DNA from: Verrucomicrobiota bacterium
GTDB taxonomy: Bacteria; Verrucomicrobiota; Verrucomicrobiia; Opitutales; Coraliomargaritaceae
Assembly: GCA_039815375.1 (NCBI GenBank)
Contig: JBCBZJ010000011.1
Coordinates: 1-64,000, forward strand
Direction: 5' to 3'
Length of the DNA: 64,000 nt
The notes beneath the pieces are model-generated. The model did not search any database, had not been told where the DNA came from, and saw only the letters and a list, made by a program, of their open reading frames with translations. Position numbers and translations under genes: made by a program. Each line of letters opens with the position of its first letter. The first letter of the stretch is position 1. Below, one piece after another: positions 1-8,619 of this stretch.

Positions 1-32
1 GGATCGTACTTCCATATTCAGGATCTTCAAGA

Positions 33-114
33 TGCGGACGGAGAGACTCGAACTCTCACAGATTGCTCCACTAGAGCCTAAATCTAGCGCGTCTACCAAT
101 TCCGCCACGTCCGG
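33..114 (-). tRNA. tRNA-Leu (anticodon UAG), no encoded CCA; position 1 is C instead of the G needed to pair with C72
   Basis: The reverse complement reads CCGGACG TGGCGGAATTGGTAGACGC G CTAGA-TTTAGGC-TCTAG, a long variable arm, then GAGAG-TTCGAGT-CTCTC CGTCCGC A. This is a class II cloverleaf with a TAG anticodon and discriminator A. Confidence 0.93.
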
Positions 115-500
115 ACATAGCTGGTGCTCAACAACCCGAACACAAACTCGATGGAGTTAGCTTACGTCCCTTGCTACAAGGTCAAAGTAAACAGACTCGT
201 GATGCTTTGGTTATGCATGTGCCTGCCTATAATGGTTCTGAAGGTCGCAAAAACATTATCGACCCATTTTTCCAGACTCCCTGTACGGTAGTCTGGCGTG
301 AAAATTATAAATACGTCCGCAACTATGAACCCGACCGGGAAGACGAGTTATTTGATCTCGATGCGGATATCGGAGAGCAAAATAACCTTGCCAAATCACA
401 TCCGGAAATCCTCAGCGAAATGTCTAAACAGATGGACAAATGGGTTAAAGATAATCAGGCAGCATTACCACAACCCTTAGAAACAAGCATGATTAGGTAA
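114..500 (+). pseudogene. 5'-truncated sulfatase (C-terminal ~128 aa only)
   Basis: The frame of ORF 171..500 extends upstream as DIAGAQQPEHKLDGVSLRPLL and continues to ELFDLDADIGEQNNLAKSHPE, both typical S1 sulfatase C-terminal motifs. There is no catalytic N-terminal half, and similarity stops at the tRNA edge. Confidence 0.85.
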
Positions 501-519
501 AGAAATTCCCGAAAAGCTC

Positions 520-633
520 GTGAAATTGAATCTACCCCTTCTCGTAACCGCAGCACTTACAGCTGCGTCTCCTACGATAGATGCCCATCATCCTAACCTG
601 GTACCTAATTGTCCGGTGAGTTCCGCAGACTAG
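520..633 (+). pseudogene. Possible N-terminal remnant of a secreted sulfatase (signal peptide + PNLV)
   Basis: This GTG-started 37-aa ORF reads MKLNLPLLVTAALTAASPTIDAHHPNLVPNCPVSSAD*. It has a signal-peptide-like start followed by HPNLV, like the PNI/PNV motif that opens the intact sulfatases here. Confidence 0.4.
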
Positions 634-702
634 TAAAAGGGAGGACCAGTAGTACAAAAGCCGCAAAGAAAAACAAAAATAATTAATAGAAGTCATATAT
701 TC

Positions 703-2595
703 ATGAAGGCAGCACTACCAATCATTGTTGCCCTGATGGCAATTTGCTCCACCCGGGCCCAGGACCGCCCCAACATCCTCTGGATCGTCGCAGAAGATAC
801 GTCTCCCTGGATGGGATGCTATGGCCACGAGGTGAACATGGGCTTCACTCCGAATATAGACCGCATGGCAGATCAAGGAGTTCAGTTCACTCGGGCCTAT
901 GTTGCGGCTCCAGTATGCTCGTCTTCACGCTCCGCTTTAATAACCGGGGTCAATCCCATCCGTTTCAATGCGCATGAACACCGGTCCAAAGGATCGCCAT
1001 TGCCAGAGGGTTGGAAGACGGTTCCGGAATGGCTGCAGCAAGCCGGTTACCGGACCTTTAACATGGGTAAACTGGACTATAATTTCCAGCATGACCTTTT
1101 AGGCCTTTACCCTGAAAATGCCGCCATTCTGAAGAACAAGACTGGCAAGGTCAAAAATGCCGGCGAGCTCCTACCCTGGCGAAAAATGCCTCTGGACAAG
1201 CCGTTCTTCGGACAGATTCAGCTGACTGGAGGCAAACAGGGCGGCAAGCAACTGATGAAAGAAGGGGTTTTCGATCCGAACAAACTGAAATCTGAAGTAA
1301 CCGTTCCAGGCGACTACCCGGATAATGACATGTATCGCAAACTGATTGCCCAGCACTATATTGATATTCGTGGTGATGACCAAAGAATAGGCCGTATTCT
1401 GGATGCTTTGGAAGCAGACGGTTTGCTCGAGAAAACGATTGTCGTCTACATCAGCGATCATAGTGCTCCTACTTTGGTTCGCCACAAGCAACAGCCTACC
1501 GAGGGTGGTTTGCATGTCCCATTTGTTGCTATCGGCCCAAAGAAATGGATACCACAGGGGCAAAAACGTAACGATCTGGTTTCTTTGATTGATCTATCAG
1601 CGACCACGCTGGCCTGGGCAGGTTTAGAGATTCCTGACTATATCGAAGGGCGAGACCTCTTTGCTACCGATTTCAAACCGAGGACCTTTGTTGGAGCTCA
1701 ACGTGACCGGTGCGATTTCACTATCGAACGCATCCGCACTATCCGCACGGATCGCTACCGTTATACCCGCAACTACATGCTGGACCGGACATTACTTCAA
1801 CCTCAGTACCGGGACAAACAGGACTATGTTCAGTTCTTAAGGAAATCGTATGCAGATGGAACACTCGATAAGCATCTGGCTGAAATCTATTTCGGAGAAC
1901 GACCGGCGGAAGAACTCTACGACGTGGTCAACGATCCCGCACAGCTGCAAAATCTGGTGAATTCACCTAATTATCAAAAGGTCCTGGCTGAACATCGCGA
2001 ACTACTTGAGCAATGGCTTGCCAAAGGGGATTCCGGCATCGGGGATGAACCGGATAGGGAACTAAACGCATGCTTGAAAAACAAAATATGGACACCGGTA
2101 AATCCAGAGTATGAGCATCTGAGGAAGGACAGTGACGGTGACGGTTTATCGGATACATGGGAAAGCCTTAATGATCGTGATCCGGCCGATGGGAAACTGC
2201 TTCACCGGTTCGACTGCGGTGGCTGGCAAACTGAAGGATGGACTTCGAAGAATACGACGAACCTCGCCGGTCGGCAGGGTTTTCTCAACTTCGATCTGAT
2301 CGAAAACACGGCAACGCTCGAACGCGACGGATACCGTCTTACAGGCGGAAAGAACAATGAACCCTTCGAATTGCGAGCTCGAAGCGCTCAACCGGTTTCC
2401 GTATCCCTTCTCGCAAACAATGTGGTCGTGGGCCAAACCCAAATCGATTCGAAAGAATTTAAAACCTACTCAATCAAGACCATGCCAAAAGCATGGCAGG
2501 GCACAATCGAAACGTTGGCGCTCAAGCTGGAAGGACAAAAATCCACGCAGATTGAGATCGACTGGATGAAGATCGGCCAAGACCAAAAGAAATGA
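703..2595 (+). CDS. Secreted S1 sulfatase with C-terminal extension (DxDxDG Ca-binding motif plus beta-rich CBM-like domain)
   Basis: Signal peptide, RPNILWIVAED, CSSSRSALITG, GKLDY, SDH, EELYDVVNDP, followed by DSDGDGLSDTWE and ~130 aa ending IEIDWMKI. Confidence 0.92.
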   Translation: MKAALPIIVALMAICSTRAQDRPNILWIVAEDTSPWMGCYGHEVNMGFTPNIDRMADQGVQFTRAYVAAPVCSSSRSALITGVNPIRFNAHEHRSKGSPLPEGWKTVPEWLQQAGYRTFNMGKLDYNFQHDLLGLYPENAAILKNKTGKVKNAGELLPWRKMPLDKPFFGQIQLTGGKQGGKQLMKEGVFDPNKLKSEVTVPGDYPDNDMYRKLIAQHYIDIRGDDQRIGRILDALEADGLLEKTIVVYISDHSAPTLVRHKQQPTEGGLHVPFVAIGPKKWIPQGQKRNDLVSLIDLSATTLAWAGLEIPDYIEGRDLFATDFKPRTFVGAQRDRCDFTIERIRTIRTDRYRYTRNYMLDRTLLQPQYRDKQDYVQFLRKSYADGTLDKHLAEIYFGERPAEELYDVVNDPAQLQNLVNSPNYQKVLAEHRELLEQWLAKGDSGIGDEPDRELNACLKNKIWTPVNPEYEHLRKDSDGDGLSDTWESLNDRDPADGKLLHRFDCGGWQTEGWTSKNTTNLAGRQGFLNFDLIENTATLERDGYRLTGGKNNEPFELRARSAQPVSVSLLANNVVVGQTQIDSKEFKTYSIKTMPKAWQGTIETLALKLEGQKSTQIEIDWMKIGQDQKK

Positions 2596-2774
2596 GCCGA
2601 AGTTTCTTCAAACGATGAAGGCGCACACCACTGTTTTCGTATGATATGCTCCTTTATTCTAAAGGCTGAGATGCTCAAACGGACGGCCTTTCCGATTTGC
2701 CATCCATACTCTTGCCTTACGTCGGGTTAAACTTCCGAAAACTCGATTTTCAACGGATCCATCGTTGCGTCCCT

Positions 2775-2820
2775 TCGGTAGAATGACCGAATTGAGGTTC
2801 GAGCCGCGCAATCGTATACT
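2775..2820 (+). promoter_or_regulatory. Palindromic operator plus sigma70-like promoter
   Basis: TCGGTAGAATGACCGA (2775-2790), A, TTGAGG, 17 bp, TATACT (2815-2820). Confidence 0.75.
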
Positions 2821-2945
2821 TGATCTACAGCCCCTGTTTTGCAATTTCGGCAGAAACCTCATTGCAGATCTTCAGAAACCGTAAGGGTTGACTTGAAGGG
2901 CTTACACCTATCGCTGCTAAAGTACTGAGACATATAGTAAATTAG

Positions 2946-3992
2946 ATGCAAATGCACAGAACAACCATTCGCTACTATCTATCGACCATCTTTCTCATAG
3001 CAGTGCTGATGATTACCGTAACCGCAGCAGCGCAAGAGGCAGCAACCGATCATCGAATCGGTCGTTTTGACACCACTAAGGATTTGCTGTTGTTGAACTA
3101 CGACTTCAAGCCGGACGAAGACGATATCCATGCCGTTGCTGCCATGAGCTGCATGCTCGAGCACCCTGATTTCAAAGACCAGTTTAATTACTACGCCGTT
3201 TCCGGCGCATACGCGACTCAAAAAAAGGGCGGGTACATTCACACGGTTACCCCGGAATTTTTCAACCTCGCTTTTGGTAAGGGCACCTGGACAGACGCAC
3301 ACGATGACTGGGAGGCTTCTGTCTTAGTCGTGAAAGACAAGATGCAAGCAACCCTGGAAAGCGGAGGAACCGTTTTTGTGGCCGACAGTGGTCCCAGCGA
3401 CTTTACTTATGATGTTGTTCAGGCGCTTCTGGGTACTGGGCTTTCCCCCGAGGTTGTCAAAGAGCAAGTCTGGGTGATTCAACACCATGATTGGAACGAG
3501 AAAAACACCAGGCCCGAGCGACTTGCCTGGCTCAAGCAAAACACCCGCTATATCCGCATCAACGAAGGCAACAGTTCGGGGCCCGGAAGTCGGGGGGAAG
3601 GAACACCTGCATTGCAAAGCAACGACCGGAAGTGGATTCGAGCTGCAACGACGGCAAGCAATCCAAATACAAGGGCCCGTCAGCTCTGGAGGCAAGCCTA
3701 CCAACTCAGTCATGACTGGATCGCACGTTCGCCCGCAAGTTGGCACAACAAGGCTATCAAGATCATGCACGACACTCCCGATGTGCAGTCGGATCCCTCC
3801 TTCCCCATCATGGTCGGGTCTTACAAGAGAAAAGGAATCCGCTATTATACCTGCGATGGTCTCGCATTCCCTGATTTAGTGATCGTTTGGTGGATCTTCG
3901 AAATGGACTATGTCCCCGTTGATACAAGTAACAATAGCATCCGGGCATTCTGGGAAAGATTTGTGGTGAATACACCAGAATCCAATAAATGA
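2946..3992 (+). CDS. Secreted hypothetical protein, possibly a nucleoside-hydrolase-like fold (start may be 2952)
   Basis: 348-aa ORF with a signal peptide (AAAQ). An N-terminal Asp cluster DFKPDEDDIHAVAA follows a hydrophobic strand and resembles the DxDxxxDD motif. The ORF also has ADSGPSD and QHHDWNE. Confidence 0.7.
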   Translation: MQMHRTTIRYYLSTIFLIAVLMITVTAAAQEAATDHRIGRFDTTKDLLLLNYDFKPDEDDIHAVAAMSCMLEHPDFKDQFNYYAVSGAYATQKKGGYIHTVTPEFFNLAFGKGTWTDAHDDWEASVLVVKDKMQATLESGGTVFVADSGPSDFTYDVVQALLGTGLSPEVVKEQVWVIQHHDWNEKNTRPERLAWLKQNTRYIRINEGNSSGPGSRGEGTPALQSNDRKWIRAATTASNPNTRARQLWRQAYQLSHDWIARSPASWHNKAIKIMHDTPDVQSDPSFPIMVGSYKRKGIRYYTCDGLAFPDLVIVWWIFEMDYVPVDTSNNSIRAFWERFVVNTPESNK

Positions 3993-4081
3993 GTATATTT
4001 ATATAAACGTTAGATAAACTCATTTGCTGATATCTGCAACTTAACCGGTAATCCAAATGAACTTCCCACCCTGCTGTCTTG

Positions 4082-4127
4082 TCGGCAATATGACCGGGTT
4101 GAAAAATTTTGCCCGTAATGATATGTT
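4082..4127 (+). promoter_or_regulatory. Palindromic operator plus sigma70-like promoter upstream of the MoxR cluster
   Basis: TCGGCAATATGACCGG (4082-4097), G, TTGAAA, 17 bp, TATGTT with a TG extended -10. Confidence 0.65.
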
Positions 4128-4650
4128 ATTTCTTTATCAGAATTTGCATGGCTGCTATCGGCGTGACATGTATTCACCTTCTTTATAATTCCCCACTCTG
4201 AGTTGCCAAAAATACAAGAACCACCGGTCACCCGATCCCCAATCAATATACCTGATAACCCCAGCAGTTAAGCTTCGATTACGAAATGAAATCTTCATTG
4301 ATTGCTAGGCAATAGGTAATCAATTTTTGATGTTCAGTATTATCTAATCGTTGATTAGTATGATCCGGTTCTCAAACCTTAAGATCTAATATTGTAGTTT
4401 GCAGCCCAACAATGTAACCATGTCGAAACACCGATTCTCGCCCACCAGCAAGTTTTTCCTCCTATTGGCTCTCTCGCCGTCGAAAAAGAAGTGCATAGAA
4501 TTCGTTGGCGAAAATGTAATGGATGGGTCTAACATAAGTGGCATTCATTTCAAAAGTGCGGTTCAGATCTGCTCCTAGTGAGCTGGCAAGCAAGCCAAGT
4601 ATAGGATGCTCCGTATAGATTAAGAATTTTGCATCAATTGGAGATAACCG

Positions 4651-5133
4651 ATGAATAAAAAACTTACTTGGGTTTCCGGAAGGATATCGCTTTGCTTCAC
4701 AGTTCTTGTCGTTCTTGTCATGGGCACTGGAGTAGCTGAAAGTAAGAGTGTAGCGAATACGGGCCCGTCCCTTGCTAAAACCAAATTGATCATCAGCGAT
4801 TATCTCTTCCGTATGCATCCGGAAATTGCTGAAGATGAAAACTGGCGAAGAGACCAAACCGCGAAGCTAAACCAATTTGCGGACCGTATGTCGGCGATTC
4901 GTGTAAACCCATTCAAGGTGAAGGTATTAGCGATCCGAGGCATGCAACGCGGCATGAAAGGTGAAGAATTGAGCAAACTCGCATCAATCTACAAAAAAGA
5001 ACTTAATGGAGGTAAATCCATGGCCCATCTCCACACCATGTTCACCACCGGATACCTCAAAGAAAAAGACTCTTATCATGAAATCTTTCGATTATTGGAA
5101 AAGGATCACAAAGCCGCTCAAAGTGAAAAATGA
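4651..5133 (+). CDS. Hypothetical exported or membrane-anchored helical protein, first gene of the MoxR cluster
   Basis: 160 aa with an N-terminal hydrophobic stretch. Its stop overlaps the next start (ATGA at 5130-5133). Confidence 0.7.
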   Translation: MNKKLTWVSGRISLCFTVLVVLVMGTGVAESKSVANTGPSLAKTKLIISDYLFRMHPEIAEDENWRRDQTAKLNQFADRMSAIRVNPFKVKVLAIRGMQRGMKGEELSKLASIYKKELNGGKSMAHLHTMFTTGYLKEKDSYHEIFRLLEKDHKAAQSEK

Positions 5134-6665
5134 AAATTCTGAACTTCATTCTATTCGCCCTTATTTTTGGCAATCTATCAACATTTGCTAATGAACAAGG
5201 ATGGTTCGTTGGCGGTCAGGAGAAAACCAAGAAAGCCCCTAAGACCAGTATCAACAGTGCTGAGTCATTAAACCATATGCCAGGTCCTCCCGCGGCACCA
5301 ATGCGTCAATCCGAACGCAAAAAACCACCGCAACCCGACTACCTAATCGGCAAGGTGATCTGGGGCGAATCCGTCACATTCAACACAGGTAAGGACAAAT
5401 ACAAGGAATTGTCCGACTGGAACCTTGCGATAAAAGACGTCGAGACTTTCACCCAACAACTAAGCGATTTTGGTCTGAGTTACCATTACGCACACGTTAA
5501 CCTGTCGACGTTTGCATACGATCCGCAACTTATGCCTGCGCTCTATTTCAGTGGCGTTCGCACCATCAAACTCACTGACTCACAAATTAGACAGCTCCGC
5601 GAATACGTTTTGAAGGGCGGTATGATTATCTGTGATTCGCTCTACGGCTCGCCCTACTTCTATGAGCAATGCAAGCAACTGTTTGCAAAAGCCTTCCCGG
5701 AAGAAACATGGCGCACCATCCCTTTGGATCATCCGATTTTCAGTACTTACTACGATATTGAAGAAGTATACTTCCCGACTGATCCTGATCGGAACAAGCC
5801 TTTTATGGAAGCGATCTACATTGGCAGCCGAGTTGGTGTCCTTTGCTCGCGCTATGGTCTGGGCAAGGGTTTGGAAGATGATCTTGCTGTCTTTGAAACT
5901 CTTGAAGAACGAGGTCTGCAACCGCTCTACTATGAGCCTGAGGCAGCTAAAGCACTTGCCGCCAATATCGGCGGATACATAGTTGGCTATGCCGAGGCAG
6001 GCAGAATCGAGGGCCTGCCGGAACTCTTCGGCCTGCCGGATCAGAGGCGTCCTACGGACGAACTTGTCTTCGCTCAGATAAAACATAATGGCGCATGGAA
6101 TGTCCACCCTGGCGCTGCTCCCTCATTATTGAACCAGTTGCAGACAGAGGCGGCGGTGAAGGTTAACCTCAAGCGCGTTCCAATTGACCTGGAAAAAGAT
6201 AGTCTGACCGATTTCCCTTTCCTGTATCTTACCGGATTGGACACCATCGCTTTTTCCGACCGGGAGCGTGATGTGCTCAAATCTTTTTTGCTCGAAGGTG
6301 GTCGAGTCTTCGCGAACAACGGCCTTGGACTAAGCACCTTCCACCAAAGTCTGGTAGACGAATTGAAGCGGATGTTTCCGAATGGGGCACTGCGGGACCT
6401 GCCACCGGAACATGATATTTACCATATCCTAAGCAGCGTAACTTCCGTCCAGTACACGGAGAGCACACGCACAAGCAACCCCGATATCGCTGACAAACCG
6501 CACCTGCAGGGTTTTTATGTCAACGGTGAGCTCGCTCTAATATACAGTCCTTATGATATGGAAGCTGGCTGGTTGGATGCCAGATTTCCGCTCATGCAGG
6601 GATTGGAAAACCATAGTGCGCGAACACTGGGGAAAAATGTGATCACCTACATACTTTCACACTAA
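5130..6665 (+). CDS. Secreted protein with tandem DUF4159-like domains
   Basis: Signal peptide and two internal repeats: LYFSG...LREYVLKGG...IPLDHPIF and FLYLTG...LKSFLLEGG...LPPEHDIY. This is a typical neighbour of moxR/DUF58. Confidence 0.8.
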   Translation: MKILNFILFALIFGNLSTFANEQGWFVGGQEKTKKAPKTSINSAESLNHMPGPPAAPMRQSERKKPPQPDYLIGKVIWGESVTFNTGKDKYKELSDWNLAIKDVETFTQQLSDFGLSYHYAHVNLSTFAYDPQLMPALYFSGVRTIKLTDSQIRQLREYVLKGGMIICDSLYGSPYFYEQCKQLFAKAFPEETWRTIPLDHPIFSTYYDIEEVYFPTDPDRNKPFMEAIYIGSRVGVLCSRYGLGKGLEDDLAVFETLEERGLQPLYYEPEAAKALAANIGGYIVGYAEAGRIEGLPELFGLPDQRRPTDELVFAQIKHNGAWNVHPGAAPSLLNQLQTEAAVKVNLKRVPIDLEKDSLTDFPFLYLTGLDTIAFSDRERDVLKSFLLEGGRVFANNGLGLSTFHQSLVDELKRMFPNGALRDLPPEHDIYHILSSVTSVQYTESTRTSNPDIADKPHLQGFYVNGELALIYSPYDMEAGWLDARFPLMQGLENHSARTLGKNVITYILSH

Positions 6666-6681
6666 CTAATACTATAGACCT

Positions 6682-7713
6682 ATGATATCGACTGAATCGA
6701 CGACACCGGCTGTTGAAATTCCGGATGAACCCACTGCAGCAATCCAGCATCTTGCCGAAGCGCAGAAGAACATAAAAAAGGAATTGTCAAAAGTTATTAT
6801 TGGTAACGAAGAAATCATCGACCAAGTACTGACTGCGTTCTTCGCAGGTGGGCACTGCCTACTGATGGGTGTACCCGGTTTGGCCAAAACCCTTCTTGTC
6901 AACACGTTGTCCCAGACCATGCACCTCGACTTTAAGCGTGTTCAGTTTACGCCGGACCTTATGCCAACGGATATCACTGGCACCAATATCCTTGAAGAAA
7001 ACCCAGATACGGGACGACGTAACTTTGTTTTCCAGCGGGGCCCCATCTTCACCAACATGCTTCTCGCTGACGAGATCAACCGCACACCTCCGAAGACACA
7101 GGCTGCTTTACTCGAGGCTATGCAAGAACGCCAGGTAACAAATGGTTCAAATATCATGGCACTTCCAAAACCGTTTCTCGTCCTTGCCACACAGAATCCT
7201 TTGGAACAGGAAGGAACTTACAATTTGCCGGAAGCACAATTGGACCGATTTATCTTCCTGGTCAAAATCGAGTTCTCGGAAGAGGAACAGGAGGTCGACA
7301 TTCTACTATCGACTACTCGTGGCAAAACGGAGCCGATTAATCCAGTGCTCAATGGAGAATCAATTCTCAAATACCAAGCCATAATTAAGCAGATTCCTGT
7401 TGGTCGGCACGTTGCCCAATATGCAACACGGCTTATGCGTGCGACCCGTCCTGATGATCCGAAGTCACCCGGCTTCGCAAAAGACTGGATCAGCTATGGA
7501 TGCGGGCCACGTGCTGGTCAATCCATGATCCTGGCAGCCAAGGCACATGCCGCTCTGAACGGCCGCTACGATGTGAGCTGCGACGATATTAAGGCCTATG
7601 CAGTACCAGTCCTACGACACCGCATTGCCCTCAATTTCACGGCTATCAGCGATGGTTTAACTAACGATGAGGTAGTTGAAAAAATCATTGAGGCAGTTCC
7701 TGAGGTTGAGTAA
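6682..7713 (+). CDS. moxR: MoxR-family AAA+ ATPase
   Basis: Walker A GVPGLAKT, RVQFTPDLMPTDITG, Walker B LLADEINRTPPKTQAALLEAMQE, ATQNPLEQEGTYNLPEAQLDRF, VLRHRI. Confidence 0.97.
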   Translation: MISTESTTPAVEIPDEPTAAIQHLAEAQKNIKKELSKVIIGNEEIIDQVLTAFFAGGHCLLMGVPGLAKTLLVNTLSQTMHLDFKRVQFTPDLMPTDITGTNILEENPDTGRRNFVFQRGPIFTNMLLADEINRTPPKTQAALLEAMQERQVTNGSNIMALPKPFLVLATQNPLEQEGTYNLPEAQLDRFIFLVKIEFSEEEQEVDILLSTTRGKTEPINPVLNGESILKYQAIIKQIPVGRHVAQYATRLMRATRPDDPKSPGFAKDWISYGCGPRAGQSMILAAKAHAALNGRYDVSCDDIKAYAVPVLRHRIALNFTAISDGLTNDEVVEKIIEAVPEVE

Positions 7714-7716
7714 GAC

Positions 7717-8619
7717 ATGGATGAAAATCAGCGACAATCCCATGGTTACCGCTTTCTGCCCACGACACTTGTCAATAGTCTGTCAACGCTGACGATCCCC
7801 GTTCGCAGGCCACTACGTGGCGGCAGACAGAGCATGCATCACAGCAAAACGTTTGGGGCTTCGGTAGAATTTGCCGAGTATCGAGGTTATATGCCCGGTG
7901 ATCCTATCGAACGCATTGACTGGAATGTCTATGCCAGATCTGACCACTATGTCATTCGACAATCCTACGAGGAAGTTAGTGCACGTTCGTATGTGGCATT
8001 GGACATATCCGAGAGTATGAACTGGAAACTCAACGGCAAGATGACAAAGCTTGAGTATGGCTGTTATCTCGCTGCGATCATAATGTATCTTATGGTCAGA
8101 CAGGGTGACAGCACGACCCTGGTGCTATTCGACAAAGATGTGCAGAGCTCGCACAAACAGAAAAGTACACCGGCAGGCCTGAAACCCATGCTCGAAGATC
8201 TCGAAAAGATCGAAACCACCAATCAGGGCGATATTGAAGCCTCGCTCCACACTCTCACCGAAATGATTAGCGGCCGTGCTCTGGTCTTTGTCATTTCCGA
8301 CTTGATGCAGGAACCGGAAAAAGTACTCCGTGGCTTAAATCATCTGGCTCACGAAGGAAAGGAGACGACTGTATTCCATGTTTTGGACTCCGCCGAAGTC
8401 AATCTGCCGATGGAAGGTCTCTATGAAATCAGAGACGTGGAATCGGATGAACGCCTGACAGTCGACGTGGATCAAATCCGCCAGGACTACCACACCGAGG
8501 TACAGCAGTATTTGGACGATATTCGCAAAGGCTGTGTAGGCCTTAATATGGACTATCTTTTAAGTAATACAAATGCGGACCTGACAAAGGTCATTCGGGA
8601 ACGGGGGCGCTTGAAATGA
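7717..8619 (+). CDS. DUF58 (VWA-like) protein
   Basis: GASVEFAEYRGYMPGDPIERIDWNVYARSD, MIDAS-like LDISESM, VISDL; directly follows moxR. Confidence 0.93.
   Translation: MDENQRQSHGYRFLPTTLVNSLSTLTIPVRRPLRGGRQSMHHSKTFGASVEFAEYRGYMPGDPIERIDWNVYARSDHYVIRQSYEEVSARSYVALDISESMNWKLNGKMTKLEYGCYLAAIIMYLMVRQGDSTTLVLFDKDVQSSHKQKSTPAGLKPMLEDLEKIETTNQGDIEASLHTLTEMISGRALVFVISDLMQEPEKVLRGLNHLAHEGKETTVFHVLDSAEVNLPMEGLYEIRDVESDERLTVDVDQIRQDYHTEVQQYLDDIRKGCVGLNMDYLLSNTNADLTKVIRERGRLK

Noticed and set aside
4462..4857. 131-aa minus-strand ORF
   Set aside because: It overlaps the 4651 gene, which is translationally coupled to the operon, and has no motif.
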